Shown here: piece by piece, positions 35,572 through 45,036 of the stretch
Position numbering within the stretch: the stretch's first letter is position 1
Layout of the letters: each line of letters starts with the position of its first letter
Virus record (IMG/VR): IMGVR_UViG_3300027734_000102
Location: 1-52,172 of that record
Source of the DNA: a virus
Taxonomy: Duplodnaviria; Caudoviricetes
Reading direction: 5' to 3' (one strand)
Length of the DNA: 52,172 bases
Notes under the pieces: generated by a model
The model's database searches: none
What the model was told of the DNA's origin: nothing
Seen by the model: the letters and a program-made list of their open reading frames with translations, nothing else
Translations under genes and position numbers: made by a program

Positions 35572-36377
35572 CTCGTCACTTTCCTCTCTACACCGCGCTC
35601 ATCGTAAATAAGTATCCCTGATGGTATATCATGCCTCTTGAAGCTTTCGAGAATCTCATCAATTCCCACGTCTCGTATCCGATCATCGGGCACCACAATC
35701 CCCTCGATTTGCCAGTTGTCAAGCAGAGCTTCAGGCCAACCCATTGGAGAGTCATTGACCTCTCTGGACGATGGAGAAAACACGGTCTTCGCATCGAAGT
35801 TGATCTTCTCGGCAGGCGCAATCTCATCTGCGGAGTAGACGAGGTGGTCCTCCCATGAGCGGGCAAGCTGGGTGCTGAAGTCATCGCTGAAATCAGGCTC
35901 AGATCCCGGCGACTTTGGTCCTGGATACTTGTTCCAGCCGGACGACTTCTCCCTGTGTGTCATCTTCTCGATGTCCATGACGCTCGGAAGTCTTCTGAAC
36001 GCGTTAGAGTTGAGATCGGCGTTGGCGACAAGCGTGGGATGACCCTTCAAGACAACGCCATAGATGTCAGACCAACCAAGAGAGAATGGCTTCCAGGGCG
36101 GAGACCTGTATGGGAATGTCGAGATCTCATCCCTTCCCTTAGGCTTCCGCAGGAGCTTTGCGATGTTGAGGAACCCGTTCCAGTGGATGAACGTGACGCT
36201 GTCGAAGGAGGAGATGTCAGCCTCTTTCTGCCACATGGTCTTCAGCACCCTTCCAAAGTTCCTCCGCTCGACTGGCCCATGGGTCTTTGTGGCCATGTGG
36301 GTCGCGAGGTTGGCGTTCATCCGGCGCGTGAAATCGTCCTCCTGGAGGAGCATCTCTCTGATCAGGCGGCGTATCAT
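35568..36377 (-). CDS. tag-bearing protein (family B, divergent)
   Basis: MIRRLIREMLLQE; WQKEAD, FIHW, DEIST, EALLDNW. Confidence 0.75.
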   Translation of the reverse strand: MIRRLIREMLLQEDDFTRRMNANLATHMATKTHGPVERRNFGRVLKTMWQKEADISSFDSVTFIHWNGFLNIAKLLRKPKGRDEISTFPYRSPPWKPFSLGWSDIYGVVLKGHPTLVANADLNSNAFRRLPSVMDIEKMTHREKSSGWNKYPGPKSPGSEPDFSDDFSTQLARSWEDHLVYSADEIAPAEKINFDAKTVFSPSSREVNDSPMGWPEALLDNWQIEGIVVPDDRIRDVGIDEILESFKRHDIPSGILIYDERGVERKVTR

Positions 36378-37177
36378 ATCTTCTCGCACTTGAGACCGAT
36401 CTTCTTCGCGTAGGCCATATTCTCCTCGCGGCAATAGTAGGTATCGATGATCCAGTTGTCGATGACGACATCCTGTAGTATCCTGCGTTCTCCAATCCCT
36501 TCTAGGTCCAGAGGAAAGTGCTTGTGCGGAGTGTTGGCCGGCGGTCTCTTGGGAAGCCCTGAGCTTTTGAACTTCTCGTAGTCTATGGCTGATGCCAGGC
36601 TCATGAGCTCAGTTCCAAGATCGTACAGAGACGCCAAAGTGATGCGGTACTTCTTGAAGGTGAAGAACTCATCCCTGAACACGCCAAACTCATTGGTGCG
36701 CAGCATGCTCATCTGATCTTCTGTGGGATTGACGATTCCGAAGCAGTTCATCTCGTTCTTGCTCGGAAAGTCTATTCCCGGTATCTTTCCAATCGTGATC
36801 TGCTTTAGCGGAAAGTAGTCTTTCAGCGACCTCTTGCCCGAGAACAGACCGAGCTTGTGATAGACGTAGAGGTTCTTCGGATCCTGGAAGAAGGACTGAT
36901 CAGCATTCTGGTTCCACTGGGACTTCATCTTCCGCCTGTAGTCCGAGGTGGCCTTGTTATACATGTAGTCCAGAGGAGGCTGATAGTAGGGATTGAGGTT
37001 GACTCCCGGCGGAGCCTCTTCTTGCGAGGGTGTCTTGACGATGTCCTCAAGCGACTTCTCGCGTAAAAGCACCTCACGGACGACTCTCCTCACCTCCTGG
37101 AGCTCGATATCCTCAGTATCCATGGGGTCGAGTGGGACGTCCTGAGCAGACGGCATCGTGAATATCTCTTTGTTCAT
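36374..37177 (-). CDS. tag-bearing protein (family B)
   Basis: QEVRRVVREVLLRE; WNQNADQSFFQDP, NEMNC, SSGLPKRP, DVVIDNW. Confidence 0.75.
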   Translation of the reverse strand: MNKEIFTMPSAQDVPLDPMDTEDIELQEVRRVVREVLLREKSLEDIVKTPSQEEAPPGVNLNPYYQPPLDYMYNKATSDYRRKMKSQWNQNADQSFFQDPKNLYVYHKLGLFSGKRSLKDYFPLKQITIGKIPGIDFPSKNEMNCFGIVNPTEDQMSMLRTNEFGVFRDEFFTFKKYRITLASLYDLGTELMSLASAIDYEKFKSSGLPKRPPANTPHKHFPLDLEGIGERRILQDVVIDNWIIDTYYCREENMAYAKKIGLKCEKI

Positions 37178-37545
37178 AGTCCGCTCTCCGTCACGAGGTC
37201 CCAGGGTCCGTATGTCTTGAATTTCAACGCCTTCTCTTTTGCTTCTGACCAAGTATATTGGTGTTCGTTTCCAATGTCACTGATCTGGCCAATGGCGTAG
37301 TAGAGGAACGCAGGCATCTCGAGGTTCCTGCCGTTTGACTTGTCGACCACGACTGCCATGTCCTTCACCACGAAGGCGTGGCCGAAAGTCGTGCCCTCGA
37401 GGGGTCCCTGTCCCATCACTTCAGCATGGACGAGAATGTACCTCGACTCGTTCTCTGGAGTGAACGTGCATTCATCCATGATGAACTTGAATGCTGCCTC
37501 ATAGCAGTCCCCGAGCGCTTGCTTCTTTCTCGATTTTCTTGGCAT
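37174..37545 (-). CDS. hypothetical protein, possible papain/transglutaminase-like Cys-His-Asp fold
   Basis: GDCYEAA, LVHA, GHAFV, VVD. Confidence 0.65.
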   Translation of the reverse strand: MPRKSRKKQALGDCYEAAFKFIMDECTFTPENESRYILVHAEVMGQGPLEGTTFGHAFVVKDMAVVVDKSNGRNLEMPAFLYYAIGQISDIGNEHQYTWSEAKEKALKFKTYGPWDLVTESGL

Positions 37546-37582
37546 GCTGTAACTATGCTAAGCGAGCGATGAGTTCATATCA

Positions 37583-38131
37583 CTAGGAAATGATAACGAT
37601 GATGCCAAGCCTCTGCAGTTCATCGATCACCGGAGTGCCCCTCTTCCTGTAGACCTTGGAGAGGGGTGACTCTTGCCACCCGCTCGCGTCCTCTCTTGCG
37701 GATGACTGCTTACAGTCATCCTCCTCGTCGTAAGGAGTGAGAATACCAGGCGTCGAATCGAGCTGAGCACTTGACACGTCAGGACGATTGTTGAGATAGT
37801 AAGCCCAGACCCTTCTGGCCTCTGGTGAGACCATCGCCCTGTCAGACATGATGCCAGCATCTCCTGCGATCTCCATCGCGATATCATAGAGGAGTGGGCC
37901 GAGTCCCTCACGGTCAGTGCCAGAAAGTATGACCTCATACGCACCGAGGCAGTTTCCAATTCCGAGTGACCTCTGCATGATGATCTCTCCGATTGGACCG
38001 CAAGAGATTTTCCATCCGCCTTTGCCGAAGCGTGTCCTCTTCACTGTGAAGACGATTCCTTCCTCGGCTGCTCGTTCCGGTGTGTACATCGCCTCAGTGA
38101 GGAGCATCTCACGTATCAGCTCCCTTATCAT
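37583..38131 (-). CDS. tag-bearing GNAT-like protein (family A)
   Basis: MIRELIREMLLTE; GLGPLLYDIAME, IMSDRAMVSPEARRVWAYY. Confidence 0.75.
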   Translation of the reverse strand: MIRELIREMLLTEAMYTPERAAEEGIVFTVKRTRFGKGGWKISCGPIGEIIMQRSLGIGNCLGAYEVILSGTDREGLGPLLYDIAMEIAGDAGIMSDRAMVSPEARRVWAYYLNNRPDVSSAQLDSTPGILTPYDEEDDCKQSSAREDASGWQESPLSKVYRKRGTPVIDELQRLGIIVIIS

Positions 38132-39318
38132 CGTGTCCTCAGCATCTCTTTGAAGGGTGCCATGTCCTTGGGCGTTCCGTTATTCGTGTAGACAGGGAGA
38201 TCAGAGGTGACGAAGAGCTTCACCAGATTCTCGTAGCTCTCTTCAAGCTTTCTCTTTCCGAGGACCGGAACGCTCTTCTTTAGATCATTGATGAACCAGA
38301 GGGGAGCGATGAGTCCTGTTGGACGCCAGTTGTCCAAGATGAGCTCGTTACCGAGGTACTGACTGCCGAAACTCTCCCCGTCGAGGATGAACCCCTTCGC
38401 TTTTTCTGGACTGAATTTGCTTGCTCGTCTCGGAAGGCCGGAAGTCTTGCTGTACTTCTCAATCTCACCTGGATCAATCTCACGGTAGTAACCGGAGACG
38501 ATGGCATTCATGTCATTCGCCGCGAGGGTGGTCCTTCCCTGGACCATGATGCCGAACTCTCCCCACTGGCTGACGCTGGGCTTGCCGATGTATCCCATCG
38601 TGGAGATCTCGTCCTTGCCGCTCGCATTGAGGAAAGAGCTCATCTTCTCGAATACCCGGTACGGTGACTTTGGCATGCCGGCAATCCAGTGAACCTTGAT
38701 CAGGGACTTGAAGAACTCGTGGTCGGCCTCCTGTGACCAGATGCTCTTCAGTTCCCTTGGCAGTTTCTTGGGATCTTTTGAACCGTAACTGATATTCGAA
38801 GTCTTTGAAGTGAAACCCTCAAGACCCTCACGAAGCAATGACCTCACGATGTTGCGAATGAGGGACTCACCCATTAGTTTGGCCCAGTATGCTTCACTTG
38901 CTCTTTTGCTGCAATACTTCTCTATGAAGTCACCGACGGTGGTCTTGAAGTATTCTCTGATTCCGTAGCCAGTCGAAACAGTCATCTCCTTCTCTGGAGG
39001 GACCTGTCTCGCACATGAGGCAACGATTGTCAACCAGGCATCCCAAGCAGCCTGAGAGATGGAGCTGATGTTGCGTACGTCGATGTCTACGACAGATGAG
39101 ACTCTGATCCACCCGCGCTCAAGAAGTTGCAGAGAACTCTGTGCAGAGTCAGGCACGTATGGACTGTTCTCCCGGTCTGGATTGTGGTATATGAAAGCCC
39201 ACATGCCATGAGTGTGCGTCATGCCTATCCAGTGAATCTTACCATTGGGTTCTATCCAAGCCAGCGAGGTGAGAGGACTGCACATCCTGTTGATCGATGG
39301 TGGCGACTCTTCTCTCAT
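38128..39318 (-). CDS. two-module protein: WxxPxG module + internal tag + family B domain
   Basis: AWIEPNG...GWIRVS; ESLIRNIVRSLLRE; KVHW, DEISTMGY, NELILDNW; paralog of 33564..34835. Confidence 0.8.
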   Translation of the reverse strand: MREESPPSINRMCSPLTSLAWIEPNGKIHWIGMTHTHGMWAFIYHNPDRENSPYVPDSAQSSLQLLERGWIRVSSVVDIDVRNISSISQAAWDAWLTIVASCARQVPPEKEMTVSTGYGIREYFKTTVGDFIEKYCSKRASEAYWAKLMGESLIRNIVRSLLREGLEGFTSKTSNISYGSKDPKKLPRELKSIWSQEADHEFFKSLIKVHWIAGMPKSPYRVFEKMSSFLNASGKDEISTMGYIGKPSVSQWGEFGIMVQGRTTLAANDMNAIVSGYYREIDPGEIEKYSKTSGLPRRASKFSPEKAKGFILDGESFGSQYLGNELILDNWRPTGLIAPLWFINDLKKSVPVLGKRKLEESYENLVKLFVTSDLPVYTNNGTPKDMAPFKEMLRTR

Positions 39319-40007
39319 ATTTCATCCTCCGACAATCTCTGGTCGAATATCATCCTGAAAAGCTGGCGGAGGTAGAAAGTGAGATTCTCTATGCCAATGC
39401 TGGAACAGAACTTCATGCAGTCCTCGTGGTTCTTCTCAAGTGTCCGGAGGCCTGGCGGCTCATTCTTCAGACTGTAGGAATAGTTCAGGAAGTCTCGATC
39501 CTGAAAGCCGCAGTCATCCTCTTCAGGCGGCGTCTTTGGGTCGTTGATGTCATCGAAGGGTGATTTTATAACGTCGTCTCGGTCATAGTACCTCGACCAG
39601 ACATAGCCCGCCAGCCTGCTGGTCTCCACCCTGTCTGAGGCTAGCCCGCCTGTGTACCAGATCGCTGCCTCGTAGGCAGCAGGTCCCATACCGGATCTAG
39701 CGACTGAAGCTGCCTTTGTCACCACCTTGGCGCCGTTGCAGGGTTCGGTCTCTGTAATCCACCTGATGCCTGACCTCACGATAGGATCCTCTTCTATCGA
39801 GTCCTGTATCATGTTGTAGTCAACGGGAAGCCCCGCCTCCTCGTATTCTCTAGCCAGTCGATAGACAATGCTGGGATCGTAAATCATCAGGTATCCTGCT
39901 GAATCGGGACTACCCACAACACACACGGCCAATCCAGCGCTCGCAGCCCTTGAAGTCGGAGACGTTGACTCCTGCAGGAGCATCTCTCTTATGAGTTGAC
40001 GTATCAC
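39315..40007 (-). CDS. tag-bearing GNAT-like protein (family A, divergent)
   Basis: MIRQLIREMLLQE; SGMGPAAYEAA, LASDRVETS..A..VWSRY, TPPEEDDC. Confidence 0.7.
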   Translation of the reverse strand: MIRQLIREMLLQESTSPTSRAASAGLAVCVVGSPDSAGYLMIYDPSIVYRLAREYEEAGLPVDYNMIQDSIEEDPIVRSGIRWITETEPCNGAKVVTKAASVARSGMGPAAYEAAIWYTGGLASDRVETSRLAGYVWSRYYDRDDVIKSPFDDINDPKTPPEEDDCGFQDRDFLNYSYSLKNEPPGLRTLEKNHEDCMKFCSSIGIENLTFYLRQLFRMIFDQRLSEDEI

Positions 40008-42751
40008 GGCAGTCTCTTCATGAAACTCTCGATCGCCTGCCAGTCACCCTCAGCCAGGGGCTTATTGTTATCGAATATGTTGTGGTATCTCTCGGGGTCT
40101 GAGCCTGCATTCATTCCGAGGTCAAGCCAGGCGTTCACCACAGTGCGGGTGGGCTTCCAGATCTCTAAGGAGTAGGCATTGGAGACCTTGCCCCAACCGT
40201 TGCGAAGGAGGGTCCTCATGGCGACCGATCTCACCTCTGACTGAATGTCGGAGTTGTAGTATAGTTCTCCCATGTTGGAGAACTCCGGGATTGTTTTGCC
40301 TGTGAGAGGACGCCCACCCTGTCTCTTCCAATCGTCCATCTTCTTGCCCATTGGAGACTTGGCATCATAGACAGCCTGCTCCTCTGGTGTCCTGGGTGGT
40401 GGAGGGTCTATGGGACCGCACTCCACTTCAAGAGCGGCCTCAAACTGTGGCATGAGTGACGGGTTCCTGCCTATGTGGAAGGCTGCCCACTCCCCATGGT
40501 CTCGCTGTTCGGGATTGTAATGGTACACTCCATCGGGATCGATCCAACCCACAGAGTGGGTGGTAGACGATGTAAAACCGGAGGGAGGAGATGACTCATT
40601 GAGTATGCCTCTCACGAGACTCCTGACGAGTGACTCGTTCTTTTCGAACCTCTTCACTTTGCTCAGCACGTCTTTCCTCGTTTCCTGATATTCATCGCCG
40701 GTGCCTCCGACCTTACCCGTGTCTACGACCTTCGGGTAAGCCTTCTTCGGGTACTCCTTCCACCTCTTGATGAACTTCGGTGGGATCCATCCACGGTAGG
40801 CGAATGTTCCCTTACGCGTGATGCCTGTGGTGAGGAATGACATTATCTTCGAGTCAATGTCCTTCATCAGGGCGCTGAACTCTTCGTCCTTTGCCCATTC
40901 GAGTCCAGCCTCCGGAGCCTCACCAATGTCCTTGCCATAGGCTACTGTGGTGTTAGCAAGGCGGACTGTGCGTATGATGTTCTTGAAGTGCTGTTCCCTT
41001 GCGATGGTGTGCTTCCCACCGGGCTCGGAAGTCGTTGTAACATTCCAACCGTAAGTCTCAGGGTTCCACGTCTCGTTCTTCTTGATGCGGTCAGACTGGG
41101 TGAGCGTGTATTCTCTATCGAGATTGAACCAGCTCAGGTTGTCCTCGTCAGGAACTATTCTGGTGATGTCTGGAATCTCGACCTTGAGGATGAGGGGCTT
41201 CCCACCATACCAGATGGCCGACCTGGTTGCGTAGTTCTCTGCAGTGTGCGGGTCCATGGTGAAGTAGAGGTTCTTCGAGGAGTAGCCTTCGATCTGGTCA
41301 CCGTACGCGTCTTCGAACTTTCCAGGAAGCATCCCTTTCTTCTCGATATCCGGCCAGCGTGCTGTAGTTGTGCCGTGATATGCCATAATTGTTCCCCGCA
41401 CGCCACCGACTGCAATGTCCGTGGTCCTGGGCGCGCTCCCAGCCTGACCTATCGTCTGGCCCTCATATTTGTCGTCTGGTGAGAAAATCTTGTAATCGGG
41501 TGTCACTCTTGGGTCGACCTGCATGAGGTGATTGAAGAGCTTCTTGAGAGCAATCTCCTTGCCGACAAAGGCAACGTCCCCCGACGGCATGACGTATGAC
41601 TTGTCCTTGACTGTCTTTTTCGGTGTGCTGGCTCCCCTTCGAGACTGGTGATCTGTCCAAGTGGCGTCAAGGCTAACGCGCTTATTGACAGTGTCAACGA
41701 GGAGGTACTCGAAATTAGCGCCTACGGGACCATAGTATATGTGAGTGTCAGGGATGTCGGAAGGCTTCTTCCAATTTTCGCCAGCGCTGCCAGGAACTCT
41801 CTTGAGATACTTGAACGTGGAGTCCTTGTACTCTTCCTTCCTCGGCGAGCTCTTCTCATAGAGACCGAGAGCAACTAGCTCCTCTGCCTTCCTTAGCTGC
41901 TCAGGTGTGAGGTCGTAGTCCTTTCCTGAGCAGCGCCTGTAATCTTCAGAAATTGAACCGGGAATTTCGACTGGTTCGCCGCCAGGCCCGACTGCATAGT
42001 AGAGCACATAACCTGCCGCTATTGGACGGGCATAGTATTTGGATTCTGTAGGGACTCGGTCATTAGGAGCGTTCCGTAGCTCCAACAGCAGAACTGTCTC
42101 TCTTATCAGATCTCTTAAGACTATAGAAGCTCTAGACTCTCTCTTGTTAAATGAAAATGTGCTTGCCATCTCAACCTGCTTTTGTAGTTCTTCTTGTGTG
42201 GCCTTTGGAGATCTTCCCCAGTCGGGCGTGGACCTGTCACTGAGATAGCTAGCCGAATCTATCTCGTAGGCATCTCTTGGTATCGCGCCGTGGGTGTATA
42301 GGATTCCCGTGTGCGATAGACCGGGCACGACCCACACGGGAACACCAGAGTCGATGCCAGCCCTACACGCCTGCTTGATGGAGACCTTGTCATCTCTCTC
42401 ACCAATCATTACGTAGCTACCAAACGGAAGCTTTGGCGCCGGCGCAGTGGTCCATCCCCTGTAGATCGCCGGCGCCAGCATCACTACGCGTGGCATCTCA
42501 TCAATCATCTTCAATCTGACTGCCTGCGCCAAGATTGCAGCGCCCCTGCTGTAGGCAACTATGTTGTCGTCGTCGGGATCAGCCACAGCGTCATTGATCG
42601 CCTTGGCGACCTTGATCACCTCGTCAAGCTCAACTGGCCCGCCCTTGTGGAGCGCCGGTCCCATGAGACCAAGCGTACGCATCAGGTCGAACTTGTCCAT
42701 GCCGGCACCGTGGATGCCTATGTTCTCTTTCAAGCGCTTTGACTTTCTCAT
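40004..42751 (-). CDS. 915-aa multi-module protein: alpha/beta hydrolase, tag, ART-like region, tag, WxxPxG module
   Basis: VAYSRGA nucleophile elbow with ..DDKV..SH; IVLRDLIRETVLLLE; AYHGT...LYFT....AENYA; ESLVRSLVRGILNE; GWIDPDG...GWGKVS. Confidence 0.75.
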   Translation of the reverse strand: MRKSKRLKENIGIHGAGMDKFDLMRTLGLMGPALHKGGPVELDEVIKVAKAINDAVADPDDDNIVAYSRGAAILAQAVRLKMIDEMPRVVMLAPAIYRGWTTAPAPKLPFGSYVMIGERDDKVSIKQACRAGIDSGVPVWVVPGLSHTGILYTHGAIPRDAYEIDSASYLSDRSTPDWGRSPKATQEELQKQVEMASTFSFNKRESRASIVLRDLIRETVLLLELRNAPNDRVPTESKYYARPIAAGYVLYYAVGPGGEPVEIPGSISEDYRRCSGKDYDLTPEQLRKAEELVALGLYEKSSPRKEEYKDSTFKYLKRVPGSAGENWKKPSDIPDTHIYYGPVGANFEYLLVDTVNKRVSLDATWTDHQSRRGASTPKKTVKDKSYVMPSGDVAFVGKEIALKKLFNHLMQVDPRVTPDYKIFSPDDKYEGQTIGQAGSAPRTTDIAVGGVRGTIMAYHGTTTARWPDIEKKGMLPGKFEDAYGDQIEGYSSKNLYFTMDPHTAENYATRSAIWYGGKPLILKVEIPDITRIVPDEDNLSWFNLDREYTLTQSDRIKKNETWNPETYGWNVTTTSEPGGKHTIAREQHFKNIIRTVRLANTTVAYGKDIGEAPEAGLEWAKDEEFSALMKDIDSKIMSFLTTGITRKGTFAYRGWIPPKFIKRWKEYPKKAYPKVVDTGKVGGTGDEYQETRKDVLSKVKRFEKNESLVRSLVRGILNESSPPSGFTSSTTHSVGWIDPDGVYHYNPEQRDHGEWAAFHIGRNPSLMPQFEAALEVECGPIDPPPPRTPEEQAVYDAKSPMGKKMDDWKRQGGRPLTGKTIPEFSNMGELYYNSDIQSEVRSVAMRTLLRNGWGKVSNAYSLEIWKPTRTVVNAWLDLGMNAGSDPERYHNIFDNNKPLAEGDWQAIESFMKRLP

Positions 42752-42811
42752 TGCAATAACTATAAACTCTGACCGTTCAGGTTACAAGATCAGAGGAGCA
42801 TAGATGCAAAG

Positions 42812-43108
42812 ATGACCAACAGCATGAAGATCCTCACCTACATGACTCCGCGTGAGATCGGCGATGGCTATGGATTCACGAGCGTCATCTCACCAGAGGA
42901 GGGAGTGTACCTCCTCGTCTCAGAGGTCCACCACGGCGGCGGAATCTCCCAGTATGATGAGACCCTGGTGTTCCCATGCCGAGAGAACGGAGACACGATC
43001 TGCCTCATTGAGCTACACTCTGGAACGGACACTGCCGACGCGATCAGGTCAGTAGAGAAGTGGTGGGACAGGGGTGAGTACGATCGACTGGTCGAATCCC
43101 GCCCGTGA
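42812..43108 (+). CDS. hypothetical protein
   Basis: GAGGAG RBS upstream; 98 aa. Confidence 0.65.
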   Translation: MTNSMKILTYMTPREIGDGYGFTSVISPEEGVYLLVSEVHHGGGISQYDETLVFPCRENGDTICLIELHSGTDTADAIRSVEKWWDRGEYDRLVESRP

Positions 43109-43164
43109 CTTTGTTTCCAGATGCGATGTCCAATTCCAACTGAGCATATTATATTGCTCACGAG

Positions 43165-45036
43165 GTGAGCGCACCAATGACCACGATCGAGCAGAAGTAC
43201 CGGAAGCTCTCGGACATCGAGCATGTCCTGCTCCGACCCGGCATGTATGTGGGTTCCACAAAGACCCGCGAGGAGGATGCCTGGCTCCTCACCGAGCCTA
43301 GCAAGTTCGAGCGCCGCAAGGTGACCGTGAACCCCGCCCTCATGAAGATCTTCGACGAGATCGTGAGCAACTCGGTCGATGAGCACCGCCGGAACCCGAA
43401 GCTCAATGAGATCCAAGTGACGGTCGACCTCGACCACGGTTCGATCTCAGTCTGGGACAACGGCGGAATCCCTGTCGTGAAGCATGCTGACTATGGTGAG
43501 TGGGTTCCTGAGATGATCTTCTCGAACCTCAAGGCTGGCTCTAACTTCAACGACGATGAGGAGCGTCTGGTCGCAGGCACCAACGGCGTCGGTTCGACCC
43601 TCACAAACATCTTCTCCAAGAAGTTCCGGGTGCGGACCGCAGACCGGAAGAGCTCGTTTGAGCAGATCTTCAGCGACAACATGCGCCAGCGGAGCGTTCC
43701 CGAAGTTGAGAAGACCCGTGAGGGCTTCACTGAGATCTACTTCGAGCCTGACCTCCAGCGATTCGGAATGGAGTCGATCGATTCCGATCACCTTGAGCTC
43801 ATGCGGAAACGCTGCGTAGATCTCGCGGCGTGCAACCCGAGCCTTCGGATGTCGTTCAACGGCACCGACTACCGGTTCTCCTCATTCAAGGAGTACTGTG
43901 GACTCTACGCTCCAGGCGTGATCTACGAGGAGTCGGGTCGCTGGAAGGTCGGTGTCCTTCCGTCTGAGGGTTCGTTCTCTCAGGTCTCTTTCGTGAACTC
44001 AGTGGAGACCAAGGACGGCGGATCGCACGTCGATTCGGTCGCGGCTGGAGTCATCGAGTGGATCCGCGAGAAGGTTCGCCGGAAGCACAAGGTAGACCTA
44101 AAGCCCTCTGAGCTCCGTAACCACTTCTTCTTCCTCGTCCAGGCCGACATCGTCAATCCGGCGTTCTCCTCCCAGACGAAGGAGAAGCTCATCACTGACG
44201 CACGGGAGTTCGGCTCCAAGTTTGAGATGAGCGAGCGGACCCTGAAGCAGGTCCTCGCCTCCGAGGTCGTCCAGCGAATCCTCGACTGGGCGCAGCAAAA
44301 GGCACTTGCTGACGAGCGCAAGCAGCTCCGTGAACTCAACAAGAACCTCGCGAAGGGCAAGGTGCTGAAGCTCATCGATGCGAAGCTCAGGCTCGACCGC
44401 GACCGGTGCACCCTTGCCCTGTTCGAGGGAGACTCGGCGTCGTCAGCGTTCCGCAAGTACCGGGACACCATGACCCAGGGCGCCTTCCCGCTCCGTGGTA
44501 AGTTCATCAACGTTGCAGAACTGCCGAGCACCCGTGTCATCCAGAACCAGGAGGTGAAGGACCTGCTCACTGCGATCGGTCTGAAGATGGGTGAGGAACC
44601 CAAGGACCTCCGCTATGGCAAGATCCTCATCTACTCCGACGCTGACCCGGACGGTGACTCCATCGCCGGGCTCCTGATGAACTTCTTCGGGCGATACTGG
44701 CCTGAGCTCTTCGACCAGGGTCGAATCTGCCGGGTCATGACCCCGCTCGTGGTCGCCAAGAAGGGGAGTGAGACGCTGTCCTTCTATTCCAACGCCGACT
44801 TCGAGGAGTGGGTAGGCAAGACGAAGGACCTGAAGAAGTGGGACATCGCCTACAAGAAGGGACTTGCGGCGCTCGAGGATGAGGAGTACAAGGAGATCAT
44901 CCAGAATCCTCGAATGTTCTCCATCGCTGGCGGCAAAGAGCTGAAGACGACTCTCGACACCTGGTTCGCCGGAGACTCGGCTCCTCGAAAGGCTAAGATC
45001 ATTGGCTGTGAAGAGGAAGCCGAATCGGGAGACTAA
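43165..45036 (+). CDS. DNA topoisomerase II large subunit (T4 gp39+gp60-like, ATPase + TOPRIM)
   Basis: EHVLLRPGMYVGS, EIVSNSVDE, GSNF, GTNGVG, EGDSA, PLRGK, DADPDG, KKGL. Confidence 0.95.
   Translation: MSAPMTTIEQKYRKLSDIEHVLLRPGMYVGSTKTREEDAWLLTEPSKFERRKVTVNPALMKIFDEIVSNSVDEHRRNPKLNEIQVTVDLDHGSISVWDNGGIPVVKHADYGEWVPEMIFSNLKAGSNFNDDEERLVAGTNGVGSTLTNIFSKKFRVRTADRKSSFEQIFSDNMRQRSVPEVEKTREGFTEIYFEPDLQRFGMESIDSDHLELMRKRCVDLAACNPSLRMSFNGTDYRFSSFKEYCGLYAPGVIYEESGRWKVGVLPSEGSFSQVSFVNSVETKDGGSHVDSVAAGVIEWIREKVRRKHKVDLKPSELRNHFFFLVQADIVNPAFSSQTKEKLITDAREFGSKFEMSERTLKQVLASEVVQRILDWAQQKALADERKQLRELNKNLAKGKVLKLIDAKLRLDRDRCTLALFEGDSASSAFRKYRDTMTQGAFPLRGKFINVAELPSTRVIQNQEVKDLLTAIGLKMGEEPKDLRYGKILIYSDADPDGDSIAGLLMNFFGRYWPELFDQGRICRVMTPLVVAKKGSETLSFYSNADFEEWVGKTKDLKKWDIAYKKGLAALEDEEYKEIIQNPRMFSIAGGKELKTTLDTWFAGDSAPRKAKIIGCEEEAESGD

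Noticed and set aside
31485-40007. Diversity-generating retroelement or integron as the source of the paralog array
   Set aside because: No reverse transcriptase, integrase, adenine-specific TR/VR pair or attC-like sites in this window. The genes overlap by coupled stop/start codons.
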